Virus record (IMG/VR): IMGVR_UViG_3300027801_001493
Span: 55,028 to 119,027 of that record
Direction: 5' to 3' (one strand)
Source of the DNA: a virus
Length of the DNA stretch: 64,000 nt
The notes beneath the pieces are model-generated. The model did not search any database and was not told the origin of the DNA. It saw only the letters and a list, made by a program, of their open reading frames with translations. A program made the translations under genes and the position numbers. Shown piece by piece: positions 38,683 through 47,678 of this stretch (within the stretch, counting starts at the first letter, position 1; each line of letters begins with the position of its first letter).

Positions 38683-39352
38683 ATATTTTTTGTGCTAATT
38701 CTTTTCCGCCACCAACTACATGGTCTTTCTTTAACACAATGATTGCATCTGGGTTTAAACTTTCAATAAGTTTTTCGTAATGTGTTACAACAATAAGTGT
38801 ATTGTCTGCTGTTCGCCATTCATTTAGTTGTTTGGATAATGCTTTAATACCGTCAACATCTAAACCACTATCTGGTTCATCTAACATTGCTAGTGATGTA
38901 TTAAGCATCTGCATTTGAATTAGTTCGTTCTTTTTCTTTTCGCCTCCACTAGCATCGGTGTTTAAGTTTCGTTTATCCCACCCTTCAGGTAATCCTAATG
39001 ATTGGCTCAGTCCTTTAAACTTTTCTAGTGTTTCTCTAATTTCAGTACCCTTAGTGTTCAATGCTTGTTTTAAGAATTGAAAGTTGCTTAGTCCTGGTAT
39101 GCTTGTTGGTGATTGAAACCCTATAAACATTCCAGCCTTTGCTCTTTCATCTACTTCAAACTCATTAATGTTTTCACCGTTAAGTTCTACATCACCTGAT
39201 ACTTCTAAATCAGGTCTGCCCATAATACTATGTAGTAGTGTACTCTTACCAATTCCATTAGAACCCATAATAATATATGTACGCCCAACATCAAACTCAA
39301 TGTTGAGGTTTTCTAAAACTGGACTTACTGAATAATTCGTTAATTTTAACAT
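38657..39352 (-). CDS. sufC: Fe-S assembly ABC ATPase
   Basis: GSNGIGKST, FIGFQSP, SGGEKKK, LDEPDSGLD, VTHY. Confidence 0.93.
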   Translation of the reverse strand: MLKLTNYSVSPVLENLNIEFDVGRTYIIMGSNGIGKSTLLHSIMGRPDLEVSGDVELNGENINEFEVDERAKAGMFIGFQSPTSIPGLSNFQFLKQALNTKGTEIRETLEKFKGLSQSLGLPEGWDKRNLNTDASGGEKKKNELIQMQMLNTSLAMLDEPDSGLDVDGIKALSKQLNEWRTADNTLIVVTHYEKLIESLNPDAIIVLKKDHVVGGGKELAQKIFAEGFDSV

Positions 39353-39358
39353 GTGTAT

Positions 39359-39387
39359 ATTGTACTACCTTTTGTTTGTGATGTCAA
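39359..39387 (-). promoter_or_regulatory. sigma70-type promoter between sufB and sufC
   Basis: TTGACA-N17-TACAAT. Confidence 0.7.
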
Positions 39388-39390
39388 GTG

Positions 39391-40851
39391 TTATCCGACC
39401 GCTCCTTCAAGTGTTACACTTAACAACTTGTTGGCTTCGGCGGCAAATTCTAATGGCAGTTTTTGGAATACATCTTTACAAAATCCGTTTACTACTAAAT
39501 TCATAGCATCATCTTCGCTAAATCCTCTAGTTGCCAAGTAATACATTTGTTCTTCACTAATCTTTCCAGCACTTGCTTCATGTTCTACAGTTGCAGTACT
39601 GTTTTGACTTGTTACATATGGTATAGTTAATGCTCTACTGTCTTGTAACATTAAACTATCGCACTTTGTATAGTTAGAAGCATTTGTGGCTCCTGGGTTT
39701 ATTTTAACAGCACCTCTATATACATTTGTACTGTCTCCAAAACTAATGCCTTTGGATATAATGGTGCTCTTGGTATTCTTACCTATATGAATCATTTTAG
39801 TACCAGTGTCTGCTTGTTGCTTTCCTTTAGTAACAGCAACACTAAAAAATTCTCCTGTGCTACCTTCACCTTTTAAAATACAACTAGGGTACTTCCATGT
39901 AATTGCACTTCCTGTTTCTACTTGAGTCCAAGATACTTTTGAATTTTTACCTTCACACTTGGCTCTCTTTGTTACGAAGTTGTAAACACCGCCTACTCCA
40001 TTCTCATCTCCTGGATACCAATTTTGTACTGTTGAATATTTTATCTCTGCATCGTCCATTGTAATTAGTTCTACACAGGCGGCATGTAAAGTGTTCTCAT
40101 CATACGCTGGTGCAGTACAACCTTCTAAGTAACTTACATAACTGCCTTCGTCTGCTATAATAAGTGTGCGTTCAAACTGTCCTGTGTTTCTAGCATTAAT
40201 ACGGAAGTAAGTGTTAAGTTCCATTGGGCATTTAACACCTGGTGGAATGTATACAAATGTACCGTCTGAGAATACAGCAGAGTTCAGTGTAGCAAAGTAA
40301 TTGTCTGTGTAAGGAATTACACTACCTAAATATTTTTTAACTAAGTCTGGGTGGCTTTGAACTGCTTCACTAATACTACAAAACACAATACCGTGTTTTT
40401 CTAGTTCTGCTTTAAATGTAGTAGCAACACTAACACTATCAAATACTGCATCAATGGCTACTGTTGGAATAAGGTTGTCTTGTTTAGGTTTACTTGTATC
40501 TAATCCAAGTAATGCATCTCGTTCGTGTAATGGTACACCTAACTTTTCAAACGTATCTAAAATTTCTTGTGGAATATCACCTTCTTCAAAGAACTTAGGT
40601 GCAGAGTGATAACTCAATGCTTGGTAGTCTATTGGTTCATAGTCTAGTTCTCCCCATTGTGGTTCGCTCATGCCTTGCCATCTTTTAAAAGATTTCAGTC
40701 TAAAGTCTAACAACCATTCTGGTTCTTTTTTTAATTCACTAAGGTTTCTTACAACTTGTTCATCTAGTCCTGGTGGAAAAGAATCACTTACAACATCAGT
40801 TATAAATCCGTCTGCATACTGTTGCTTTGCATTTATGTCAGCATCTTTCAT
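39391..40851 (-). CDS. sufB: Fe-S cluster scaffold
   Basis: [34 protein letters not shown]. Confidence 0.97.
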   Translation of the reverse strand: MKDADINAKQQYADGFITDVVSDSFPPGLDEQVVRNLSELKKEPEWLLDFRLKSFKRWQGMSEPQWGELDYEPIDYQALSYHSAPKFFEEGDIPQEILDTFEKLGVPLHERDALLGLDTSKPKQDNLIPTVAIDAVFDSVSVATTFKAELEKHGIVFCSISEAVQSHPDLVKKYLGSVIPYTDNYFATLNSAVFSDGTFVYIPPGVKCPMELNTYFRINARNTGQFERTLIIADEGSYVSYLEGCTAPAYDENTLHAACVELITMDDAEIKYSTVQNWYPGDENGVGGVYNFVTKRAKCEGKNSKVSWTQVETGSAITWKYPSCILKGEGSTGEFFSVAVTKGKQQADTGTKMIHIGKNTKSTIISKGISFGDSTNVYRGAVKINPGATNASNYTKCDSLMLQDSRALTIPYVTSQNSTATVEHEASAGKISEEQMYYLATRGFSEDDAMNLVVNGFCKDVFQKLPLEFAAEANKLLSVTLEGAVG

Positions 40852-41150
40852 TATTCTACCTGCTTTGTTTTAAGTTGTAATGGATGTCCGTTGCCTCTAG
40901 CAGTTGCTAAGGCTTCAGTAGTTTTTTGTTCTGCTATCTCGAAGTTATAAGTACCAGCCACTGCTTGTCCGTGTTCATGAACAGTTAGTGTTAAGTTTTT
41001 AGCAGTCTCTACGTTCTTATTAAAAATCTCAACTAGCATTTTAATTACGAACTCTACAGGAGTATAGTCATCATTGAATACTATAACATCATACCTGGGT
41101 GGATATCTTAACTCTGTGGTGTTTTTAGTCTTTACTGCTTCTTGTGTCAT
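40851..41150 (-). CDS. clpS: N-degron adaptor
   Basis: [22 protein letters not shown]. Confidence 0.93.
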   Translation of the reverse strand: MTQEAVKTKNTTELRYPPRYDVIVFNDDYTPVEFVIKMLVEIFNKNVETAKNLTLTVHEHGQAVAGTYNFEIAEQKTTEALATARGNGHPLQLKTKQVE

Positions 41151-41157
41151 ATTGTAC

Positions 41158-41361
41158 CTATTTGCTGTGTGGTGGTAATTTTGCTTCTACAAACCACTCA
41201 TGTTTTCTCTTTACTGGATTATACTTCTTTAATTTTAACTTCTTATTTTCAATTGTCAAGTTTTTTGTTTTAATAAATGTATAATGGTATGTATGATGGT
41301 CCCTAGTTTCGCCTTCGGGAATTAAATACAATAACGATTTCTTCTTGTCTTTCTTTGCCAT
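41158..41361 (-). CDS. rpmG: 50S ribosomal protein bL33 (Cys-free type)
   Basis: Y...K.K....KLKLKKYNPV.RKH..F.E.K pattern. Confidence 0.82.
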   Translation of the reverse strand: MAKKDKKKSLLYLIPEGETRDHHTYHYTFIKTKNLTIENKKLKLKKYNPVKRKHEWFVEAKLPPHSK

Positions 41362-41368
41362 AATAAAA

Positions 41369-41394
41369 GGGAAGGAGCAAATGTTCTCCTTCCC
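41369..41394 (-). terminator. Hairpin between hsp20 and rpmG
   Basis: GGGAAGGAG/CTCCTTCCC 9-bp stem then TTTTATT ATG. Confidence 0.65.
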
Positions 41395-41412
41395 ACATAT
41401 TTACCGCAAAGT

Positions 41413-41853
41413 TTAAGTAATTTTAATAGATTGTGGTTTCAGAGCGTCTGGGACGTTCCTAAACAACGAAACAACTAAAATACCATCTTCAAGTTTAGCA
41501 CTTTGTACTTCTACATAGTCTGCAAGTTTGAAAGTTCTAATGAAATTTCGTTCTGCAATACCTTTGTGTAAGTATTCAACACCTTCTTCATCTAAACACT
41601 CTGATGTGCCTTTAATGATTAATGTTCCATCTTCTAATGAAATGTCGATATCAGATTTTTTAAATCCTGCAATAGCAAGTGTTACCTGATATGTTTCATC
41701 TTCTAGTTTTGAGATGTTGTAAGGCGGATAGCCTGTTTGTGCTTGAGCGAATGTTGGATCATTGAAAAACTGATCTGCCAGTCTGTCAAATCCGATGCTC
41801 ATTTTGTATAGTGGGGAAAGTGATTCTGATGTGAATCGTATCTGCTTATTCAT
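41413..41853 (-). CDS. Small heat-shock protein (Hsp20/IbpA family)
   Basis: IGFDRL, YPPYNI, LAIAGF, YLHKGIAER.F, LEDGIL. Confidence 0.95.
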   Translation of the reverse strand: MNKQIRFTSESLSPLYKMSIGFDRLADQFFNDPTFAQAQTGYPPYNISKLEDETYQVTLAIAGFKKSDIDISLEDGTLIIKGTSECLDEEGVEYLHKGIAERNFIRTFKLADYVEVQSAKLEDGILVVSLFRNVPDALKPQSIKIT

Positions 41854-41859
41854 AATATT

Positions 41860-41961
41860 CTCCTATATTTAGCAAGTTAATTTCCACTTTTTAAACCCAA
41901 TTGGCGAATAAAAAGTTCGCGGATCAGAGGAGCATTCGATAGTGTGTGTCCTGTTCCTCTG
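41860..41961 (-). promoter_or_regulatory. ROSE-like RNA thermometer candidate
   Basis: CUUGCU-AAAUAU-AGGAG pairs SD with a bulged G; two upstream hairpins. Confidence 0.5.
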
Positions 41962-41989
41962 TTCTACTTGTTGCACTTGTCCATATCTT

Positions 41990-42245
41990 ATAACTCTTGC
42001 CAATTATAAAACGGTTAGTGGGCAACCCAATTTGTTAAGTGTCTGTGCCGTCCGAAAACGTTTCTTACTTAACGGTGTAGTATTGCTACTACTTAATGTA
42101 ACGCCTCTAAGTTTCTTATCAGTCGGTCCGTTCAACTTACGTTTCACATTCCTTGTGTAGGATTCTTATTAACTCTACATACATTTTAAATTTACAGTAG
42201 ACTCCAGTCTCTTACGATTCTTTTGCCCTTGTAGTTTAAATTGCA
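41990..42245 (-). ncRNA. Candidate structured ncRNA or long leader
   Basis: Five or more short stems including GUAGUA-GCAA-UACUAC; promoter at 42268-42297. Confidence 0.45.
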
Positions 42246-42267
42246 AAGTTATTTATATAACTTATAT

Positions 42268-42297
42268 ATTATATAGTGCTTTATTGGCAAAAATCAA
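42268..42297 (-). promoter_or_regulatory. sigma70-type promoter
   Basis: TTGATT-N18-TATAAT. Confidence 0.5.
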
Positions 42298-42420
42298 GAG
42301 CAAAATGTATCTTTTTTAATTATTGTTGATAAAACTAGCATTTTTAATGGGTTTTGCATAAATATTAGCAACTAGGAAATAAACAATAATGTTGTTTCCA
42401 TATAAATTAGGAGTCATAAA

Positions 42421-42789
42421 ATGGCACAAACTCAAAACGCCGGAGCCGCAGTTGCTCCAGGACACGTAGGTGGAAAGGTTATCGCAGGAATTCAAATAGA
42501 TTTCGGTGCTGACGTTTCAGCAAAATTGGCAGTAGGATCAGCCGTAGACGCAACTTTAAAAGCAATAGCAAACGAAGGCTTAACAGCATTCGCAATTGGA
42601 ACAGTAGACGCAGTAGGCGGAACTGGACAAGGACTTAAAGTTCTTTTTGAAGGTGAACACGGAACAGATACTTATGATGGATCAAGCAGTGAAACACTAG
42701 CGGCTCATTTAGAAGACGTTATTATCGCATTAGGTACAGTAGATAGCATTAACTTAGCATCAGCAACTGTTACCGCTTTTGAACTATAA
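42421..42789 (+). CDS. Putative late structural protein (paralog of 42901)
   Basis: TAAATA, AGGAG SD, own terminator, C-terminal IIALGTVDSINL. Confidence 0.75.
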   Translation: MAQTQNAGAAVAPGHVGGKVIAGIQIDFGADVSAKLAVGSAVDATLKAIANEGLTAFAIGTVDAVGGTGQGLKVLFEGEHGTDTYDGSSSETLAAHLEDVIIALGTVDSINLASATVTAFEL

Positions 42790-42815
42790 GCCTTAAAACT
42801 TATTTAAAAGTTAAG

Positions 42816-42843
42816 AAGGGAGCATTTATGCTCCTTTCTTTTT
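42816..42843 (+). terminator. Intrinsic terminator
   Basis: AAGGGAGC-ATTTAT-GCTCCTTT plus T tract. Confidence 0.75.
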
Positions 42844-42900
42844 GACTAAAATACATTAATAGCATAAATACATGTAACAAAACTATTTAGGAGAATTAAA

Positions 42901-43242
42901 ATGGCAATAGCAAAAAATAATCCAGCGGCAACTACTACAGGTTCAGCATCAGAAGTAATCGGAAAAGATATCTCAATCTTTTCTTTAGACTACATCGTTG
43001 CTAACGCAAGTACTGGCCCAGATGGAGCTCAACAAGCCGTTCTAAATGCAATTCAAGAAACTAGAGTTATATTAGCGGCAGGTGCCACTAGTAACTCTGA
43101 TACAGAACAAACTTTCATTATTGAAGGCGAGTTAGATTCAGGCTTAGCGGCTAGAATTGTTGCATTAGGAACAGTTGATGGTGTTGATTTAAGTGGTACT
43201 ACAGCAACCGCTCAAGCATTATCAATCGCCGTAGGCGCATAA
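42901..43242 (+). CDS. Putative late structural protein (paralog of 42421)
   Basis: TAAATA, AGGAG SD, C-terminal IVALGTVDGVDL. Confidence 0.75.
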   Translation: MAIAKNNPAATTTGSASEVIGKDISIFSLDYIVANASTGPDGAQQAVLNAIQETRVILAAGATSNSDTEQTFIIEGELDSGLAARIVALGTVDGVDLSGTTATAQALSIAVGA

Positions 43243-43264
43243 TTTAGAATATAGACATTCTATT

Positions 43265-43294
43265 AAAAAAGCACTCTTAGGAGTGCTTTTTTTT
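43265..43294. terminator. Bidirectional intrinsic terminator
   Basis: A6-GCACTC-TTAG-GAGTGC-T8 between convergent genes. Confidence 0.85.
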
Positions 43295-43297
43295 GAC

Positions 43298-43675
43298 TTA
43301 CTTTCCAGATAAGAATTTGTCTATGTGAGGTTTGAGGTCTGTGATAGGTAGTTTGTCATTGAACTTTAATTTAAAAAACATTTCTTCTTCTTTGGTAAAC
43401 TTTTTATTCTTAGGTCTTATCCAAACATTAACACAAAATGTCATAGCACCCATAGATTCTAACTTAGGTGAGCCATAGTTCATACGCATTTGAGCATCCA
43501 TGTCATTGTCATTTAACCACTTAGTAACAGGAATTATAGCATTGTGTACTGCACCTTCAGTTATAAAGTCGTAGTCGCCATCATCTTTAATAGGAGCACA
43601 TATAACTAGAATACTGTTTTTGTAATCATCGTTAATTTGTCCTTCTAGATAATTCTCAATTTTCTTGTTAGACAT
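43298..43675 (-). CDS. Hypothetical protein
   Basis: 125-aa ORF. Confidence 0.65.
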   Translation of the reverse strand: MSNKKIENYLEGQINDDYKNSILVICAPIKDDGDYDFITEGAVHNAIIPVTKWLNDNDMDAQMRMNYGSPKLESMGAMTFCVNVWIRPKNKKFTKEEEMFFKLKFNDKLPITDLKPHIDKFLSGK

Positions 43676-44069
43676 TCTTTGTTTCGTTGAGTACTTTTAT
43701 AATACCCTCATAACGCCTTATATCTTCGTGTGTAGCATCGTTCTTTAATTTATTACATTGCATACATATAATCCAAAAGTTATCTATTGAATCAGGGCCA
43801 CCCTTGCTTTGTGGTATCATATGGTCAGTACTAGGAGTAGCCACCATTGACTTATCCGTATTGTTCTTACCTAACCCATAATCCAATACATGTCCACAGT
43901 TTACACATTCTGGTTTGCATAGTTCTAAGAACTCGTCATAGTCCACACTCCATTTTCGTGCATTTACAAAAGCCCATACAACTCGCAAGTCTTTGGATTC
44001 GCATACTTGCCTATAAAGTTCTCTGGTATGATATGTACCTGGATCGTATTTAGGATATATCATCGTCAT
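43668..44069 (-). CDS. HNH endonuclease
   Basis: CVNC...DHMIPQSKGG...N...ICMQCNKLK. Confidence 0.88.
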   Translation of the reverse strand: MTMIYPKYDPGTYHTRELYRQVCESKDLRVVWAFVNARKWSVDYDEFLELCKPECVNCGHVLDYGLGKNNTDKSMVATPSTDHMIPQSKGGPDSIDNFWIICMQCNKLKNDATHEDIRRYEGIIKVLNETKNV

Positions 44070-45030
44070 CTGCCATCATAGGTATATCAATAGTAAAAGG
44101 TAATGGCAAAATATCATTGTTTGTTGATTTTTGATATACGTTTATTATACCACTTGCAACTTTTTCTGTATTACCCATACCTTGATAGTTTGTAGGATAT
44201 TTAAGTTTAAATTCATCTTTTATATCCAAATGCAATCTATTCATATCTTCAAAATGTGCATTACACTCAGCAAAGATATCATCCATTAAATCATCTGTAT
44301 ATTTGTTTGCCTGTTCTAATAGTTCTTTTACTTTTAGGAAGCCCATCATTGTTGCAGTATAAATTTTTTCATTGGGCCAATATATTCGCAGTTTAGTTAA
44401 AACTGTATACAAACTATCCGACTGCCATTGTTCATGACTATTATATAAATCTGTTATGTGAGTAATTGAACCTGGGCGTCTAATCTTATAACCTGTTTCA
44501 CAATCAGCACTAGTGACTACTCTTTCAATTTCTACTGCTTGTTCATGGCCCATTTTAATATGTTGTTCATGTATAAAGTATTGTGCCATTGGTGCTGAAT
44601 CAACATTTAATGCTAACAGCATTTCTGTTTCTACATTAGGGTCATCGCTTTCTACATAAAACAATGGAATAGGTTGTCCTGGATACTTGTTTATATAAAC
44701 TAAAATATGTTGTTGCCCGTCTGCTACAAAGTAATTACCTTCGCTATCTTTACGAGCTTGTCCACATGTCACTACATTAGTATTCCATTTCCTATCTAAC
44801 TTCTTTTGATGTGTAGGTTCTGGATAACGTTGACGTTCGTAATTGATATATACAAGTTCTGGATCTACCCAGGCAAATTGTAATATTTGTTGTGGTATGT
44901 CTGTGCCAGGTGTAAATTTACCTGTACGTTGTTTTACCATTCTTGCAACTTGAGTTGCTTTTACTGACCTTACTTTACGACCTTGTGAAGGATCGAACGG
45001 TGCCATTGATAGTTTTTTTCCTGTTGCCAT
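44050..45030 (-). CDS. ParB-like N-terminal domain protein
   Basis: INYERQR, YFVADGQQH. Confidence 0.6.
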   Translation of the reverse strand: MATGKKLSMAPFDPSQGRKVRSVKATQVARMVKQRTGKFTPGTDIPQQILQFAWVDPELVYINYERQRYPEPTHQKKLDRKWNTNVVTCGQARKDSEGNYFVADGQQHILVYINKYPGQPIPLFYVESDDPNVETEMLLALNVDSAPMAQYFIHEQHIKMGHEQAVEIERVVTSADCETGYKIRRPGSITHITDLYNSHEQWQSDSLYTVLTKLRIYWPNEKIYTATMMGFLKVKELLEQANKYTDDLMDDIFAECNAHFEDMNRLHLDIKDEFKLKYPTNYQGMGNTEKVASGIINVYQKSTNNDILPLPFTIDIPMMADDDDIS

Positions 45031-45083
45031 TATTACTCTCCGAGTCTTTGACTGTTAATTAATTTTAACTAGTATAGTATATA

Positions 45084-45287
45084 CTATTCTCCGTCTTTGT
45101 CAACCTTTTCTTCCCAATGTCTCGCCAAACCGTTTGGTAATGGAGGTCCATCGTTTTTAATTGGTTGCAATTCTTCTTGTTTCTTTCCTTTACCAAAGAT
45201 GGTTTCCCAATTATCAGCATACTTTTTATTGTCGCTACTGATTTTAGTTTGTATTGGGTCTCCAGTAATATCGTTTTTACTTGTCAT
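45084..45287 (-). CDS. Hypothetical protein
   Basis: KNDITGDPIQTK...NWETIFGK. Confidence 0.65.
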   Translation of the reverse strand: MTSKNDITGDPIQTKISSDNKKYADNWETIFGKGKKQEELQPIKNDGPPLPNGLARHWEEKVDKDGE

Positions 45288-45580
45288 AAATCTGCTATTC
45301 TCTCTAACAGTTGATCAACTTCAGGATCGTTAAGATGACCTATTACGTCAGATGTAATTTCAGTATCGTAACATAGGCTTCCTTCAGCATCGAGAACTGC
45401 TAGTTCCCATAAGCCACTTTTGCCGCCATAAGAACCTTCATGCTTAACAACACTAGCACCATAGCCATTTTTAAAATGGTATAGTTTTTGCCTACCACCC
45501 CACGTGCTACCGCTTTTCTTATAGCCATCACTTAAATTGATGTCTTCAAATTTTACTAATCTAGTATCACTGTGGTTCAT
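45284..45580 (-). CDS. Hypothetical phage protein
   Basis: FKNGYGASVV..SYGG..GLWELAVL. Confidence 0.7.
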   Translation of the reverse strand: MNHSDTRLVKFEDINLSDGYKKSGSTWGGRQKLYHFKNGYGASVVKHEGSYGGKSGLWELAVLDAEGSLCYDTEITSDVIGHLNDPEVDQLLERIADL

Positions 45581-45812
45581 GTTTCTTTTCCTGTTGTGCA
45601 AATGTAAGCTCTGTTTCCCAATTGCTTTTATTTATGTTATAATAGTCTGTGCCTGATTGAGCAATAATTATTCTGCCACTATCCATATCAACACGAATAC
45701 TATCTGTTATAATTTTTTCGCCATGCCTGCCTATAAATATTCCTTCGATGTTTCCGTTCTTATCTTCTGATCCTAAATTTTCTATAAGGAATATTAATTC
45801 TTCTTTTGTCAT
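45567..45812 (-). CDS. Hypothetical protein
   Basis: 81-aa coupled ORF. Confidence 0.6.
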   Translation of the reverse strand: MTKEELIFLIENLGSEDKNGNIEGIFIGRHGEKIITDSIRVDMDSGRIIIAQSGTDYYNINKSNWETELTFAQQEKKHEPQ

Positions 45813-46240
45813 TTGCCTATATGTTTTATGTCAGTTTTACCAATAACCTGATATGCACCTTTATTATATGCTGGTGCTATAGTGTATTGACTGCTAATAT
45901 CTTTCTTTTCTTGTTCCCACTTCTCATCAATACCATCAGTCCTTGTACCCTTTGACTTGGTCATACTTGGGTACTTATCATACTCTGATACCTTAGTGTC
46001 TTGTACGGGCTTCCTGTTGGGCTTAAATGCCTGTCTGCTACGTGGATCTACCTTAGGTTGTATACCATGACAGTAGTCTACATACTGTTCAAATGTTAAT
46101 TTAGGCATACCTAACTGTTTATTATGCTTGTTTTTCTGAATCAGTCCAGCCTGCCATTTGGCAATATTAGCCTTAGTCATCTTAGGCTTATACTTCTTAT
46201 TCTGGATAGTCGTAAGACCTTGTGCTAAATGCATGGTCAT
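45809..46240 (-). CDS. Hypothetical phage protein
   Basis: C-terminal YTIAPAYNKGAYQVI; start revised to MTMHLAQG. Confidence 0.7.
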   Translation of the reverse strand: MTMHLAQGLTTIQNKKYKPKMTKANIAKWQAGLIQKNKHNKQLGMPKLTFEQYVDYCHGIQPKVDPRSRQAFKPNRKPVQDTKVSEYDKYPSMTKSKGTRTDGIDEKWEQEKKDISSQYTIAPAYNKGAYQVIGKTDIKHIGK

Positions 46241-46241
46241 A

Positions 46242-46562
46242 CTATTTTTCAAATCCTGGAAATGAATGAGAAGTAAAACTGTATTCGTAGTTACCGTCTG
46301 AATAATCAATCCCATCTCTTTCTGAGATGCTGTCAATAACACGATCCATCATCAAATCATGATGTTCTTTATTTACACCAACTGGGTATTCTTTACCAAC
46401 TGGGTGATCAATGTTGTCTTCATGATGCAACCACATAGCTTCTAAGGCTGTTAGTTTAACAGCAACAGGTATGCTTGTTGCAAGATGCGTCATGTGGATA
46501 GTGGTGTTACCACTTCTCGGACTTGAAACAATTTTATCTTTATTTTGTGCGTTTTTATACAT
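46242..46562 (-). CDS. Hypothetical protein
   Basis: AGGAG SD, after sigma70 promoter. Confidence 0.65.
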   Translation of the reverse strand: MYKNAQNKDKIVSSPRSGNTTIHMTHLATSIPVAVKLTALEAMWLHHEDNIDHPVGKEYPVGVNKEHHDLMMDRVIDSISERDGIDYSDGNYEYSFTSHSFPGFEK

Positions 46563-46598
46563 TTATGAACTCCTACATTCTTACTTTGTTATATAACT

Positions 46599-46627
46599 AT
46601 TATACCACATTTCATGGTATAAGTCAA
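46599..46627 (-). promoter_or_regulatory. sigma70-type promoter
   Basis: TTGACT-N17-TATAAT. Confidence 0.75.
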
Positions 46628-46632
46628 CCTTT

Positions 46633-46887
46633 TTAGGATTCGTGTATGCCCAATACTCCGGGATTAATCCACTCTGCAAACAAGCCGTTGGCATCAAGAA
46701 TATCAACTACAACTTGGTTAACACCGAATAGACCAAAGCCCATATCGTAGTAGTCTGCCCAAACAACTGTGTCGTTGTCTTCTGCACTAAGTCGGAAGTA
46801 ACGGTCGTTGCCGTAGTCATCTCCTACGATAACCGGTGCACCTAAGTTAGATAAGGCAGTGAAAGCCTTTTTGTAATTACGTTGCAT
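46633..46887 (-). CDS. Hypothetical protein
   Basis: 84-aa ORF; EWINPG. Confidence 0.65.
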   Translation of the reverse strand: MQRNYKKAFTALSNLGAPVIVGDDYGNDRYFRLSAEDNDTVVWADYYDMGFGLFGVNQVVVDILDANGLFAEWINPGVLGIHES

Positions 46888-47243
46888 TATGCGACCTCCT
46901 CGGTCTTATTTTTGTAACCTTTCATCGCTTCTTTAATCATTGTGCGATACTCACCCATTAACTGCCAACCGTTCAAGTCACCAGTTGATTGGATATCAAA
47001 TCCGTAACCTTCTTTAACTTGTCTGTTAGGTGTATAAGAAACTTGCTCTACAAAACCAAATTCAATTTTGTAGTATTTCTTTTGATGGTAGTTACCTCTT
47101 TTGTCACCGTGTATCCAAAAAGTATCATCTTTGCCTTGGACAGGAGTCATTACAGCACCTGTTGTAGCCTTAATGAACTTCTTCATATCGTCTGTGTCTT
47201 GATACTCTGAAGCAAGAACAGTTGTGTTTCGTTGAGTAATCAT
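46887..47243 (-). CDS. Hypothetical protein
   Basis: 118-aa coupled ORF. Confidence 0.65.
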   Translation of the reverse strand: MITQRNTTVLASEYQDTDDMKKFIKATTGAVMTPVQGKDDTFWIHGDKRGNYHQKKYYKIEFGFVEQVSYTPNRQVKEGYGFDIQSTGDLNGWQLMGEYRTMIKEAMKGYKNKTEEVA

Positions 47244-47244
47244 A

Positions 47245-47529
47245 TTACTTACCTGTGTATCCTTTGGCTTCCATTGCCCCTCTAGGATGAATTGTTGTAG
47301 AAAGATGTAAGTACTCTTCGATAGTGAAGTTCTTTACAATAAAGTTAACCCATGCTTTCCAAGGCTTGTAATTGCCATATTTGAATCTAGCAATAAACTC
47401 TGATCTTGGAGTTCCTACTCTAGTAGGGTGACAAGGTAGTTCATAATACTTAGACTGAGAATGCTCTCCTGTGTACATTAGGTACATTCCGTCCCATGTA
47501 AAGTCTTCTTTGTTAAATGTAGTTTGCAT
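47245..47529 (-). CDS. Hypothetical protein
   Basis: 94-aa ORF, first gene after promoter; FIARFKY. Confidence 0.65.
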   Translation of the reverse strand: MQTTFNKEDFTWDGMYLMYTGEHSQSKYYELPCHPTRVGTPRSEFIARFKYGNYKPWKAWVNFIVKNFTIEEYLHLSTTIHPRGAMEAKGYTGK

Positions 47530-47560
47530 ATTGTCTTTCCCTTTTGCTTAATATACATAT

Positions 47561-47589
47561 ATTATACTAGAAAACCGGGTCCATGTCAA
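47561..47589 (-). promoter_or_regulatory. sigma70-type promoter
   Basis: TTGACA-N17-TATAAT. Confidence 0.8.
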
Positions 47590-47678
47590 CCTTTTTACCA
47601 CGAATCCTGGTAATCTTTTGGTATTTCGCCCAAAAAAATACCCCGCACATTACTGTTTGGGGCATTATCTAAGCTACC

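Noticed and set aside
41942-42160. Plus-strand 72-aa ORF and minus-strand 47-aa basic GTG ORF (42004-42147)
   Set aside because: No convincing SD spacing or recognisable family; stem density favours an RNA role. The 47-aa ORF is not fully excluded.
41990-42245. tmRNA, RNase P, SRP, hammerhead, c-di-GMP-I or glnA riboswitch
   Set aside because: Only fragmentary matches (AGTGCAAC, CTGATAAG, GGCAAA). Core elements such as a tRNA-like acceptor/T-arm, GAGGAAAGUCC or CUGAUGA...GAAA are absent.
43668-44069. HNH gene as part of an intron or mobile element
   Set aside because: It is a free-standing ORF overlapping intact neighbours; no split gene or intron core was seen.
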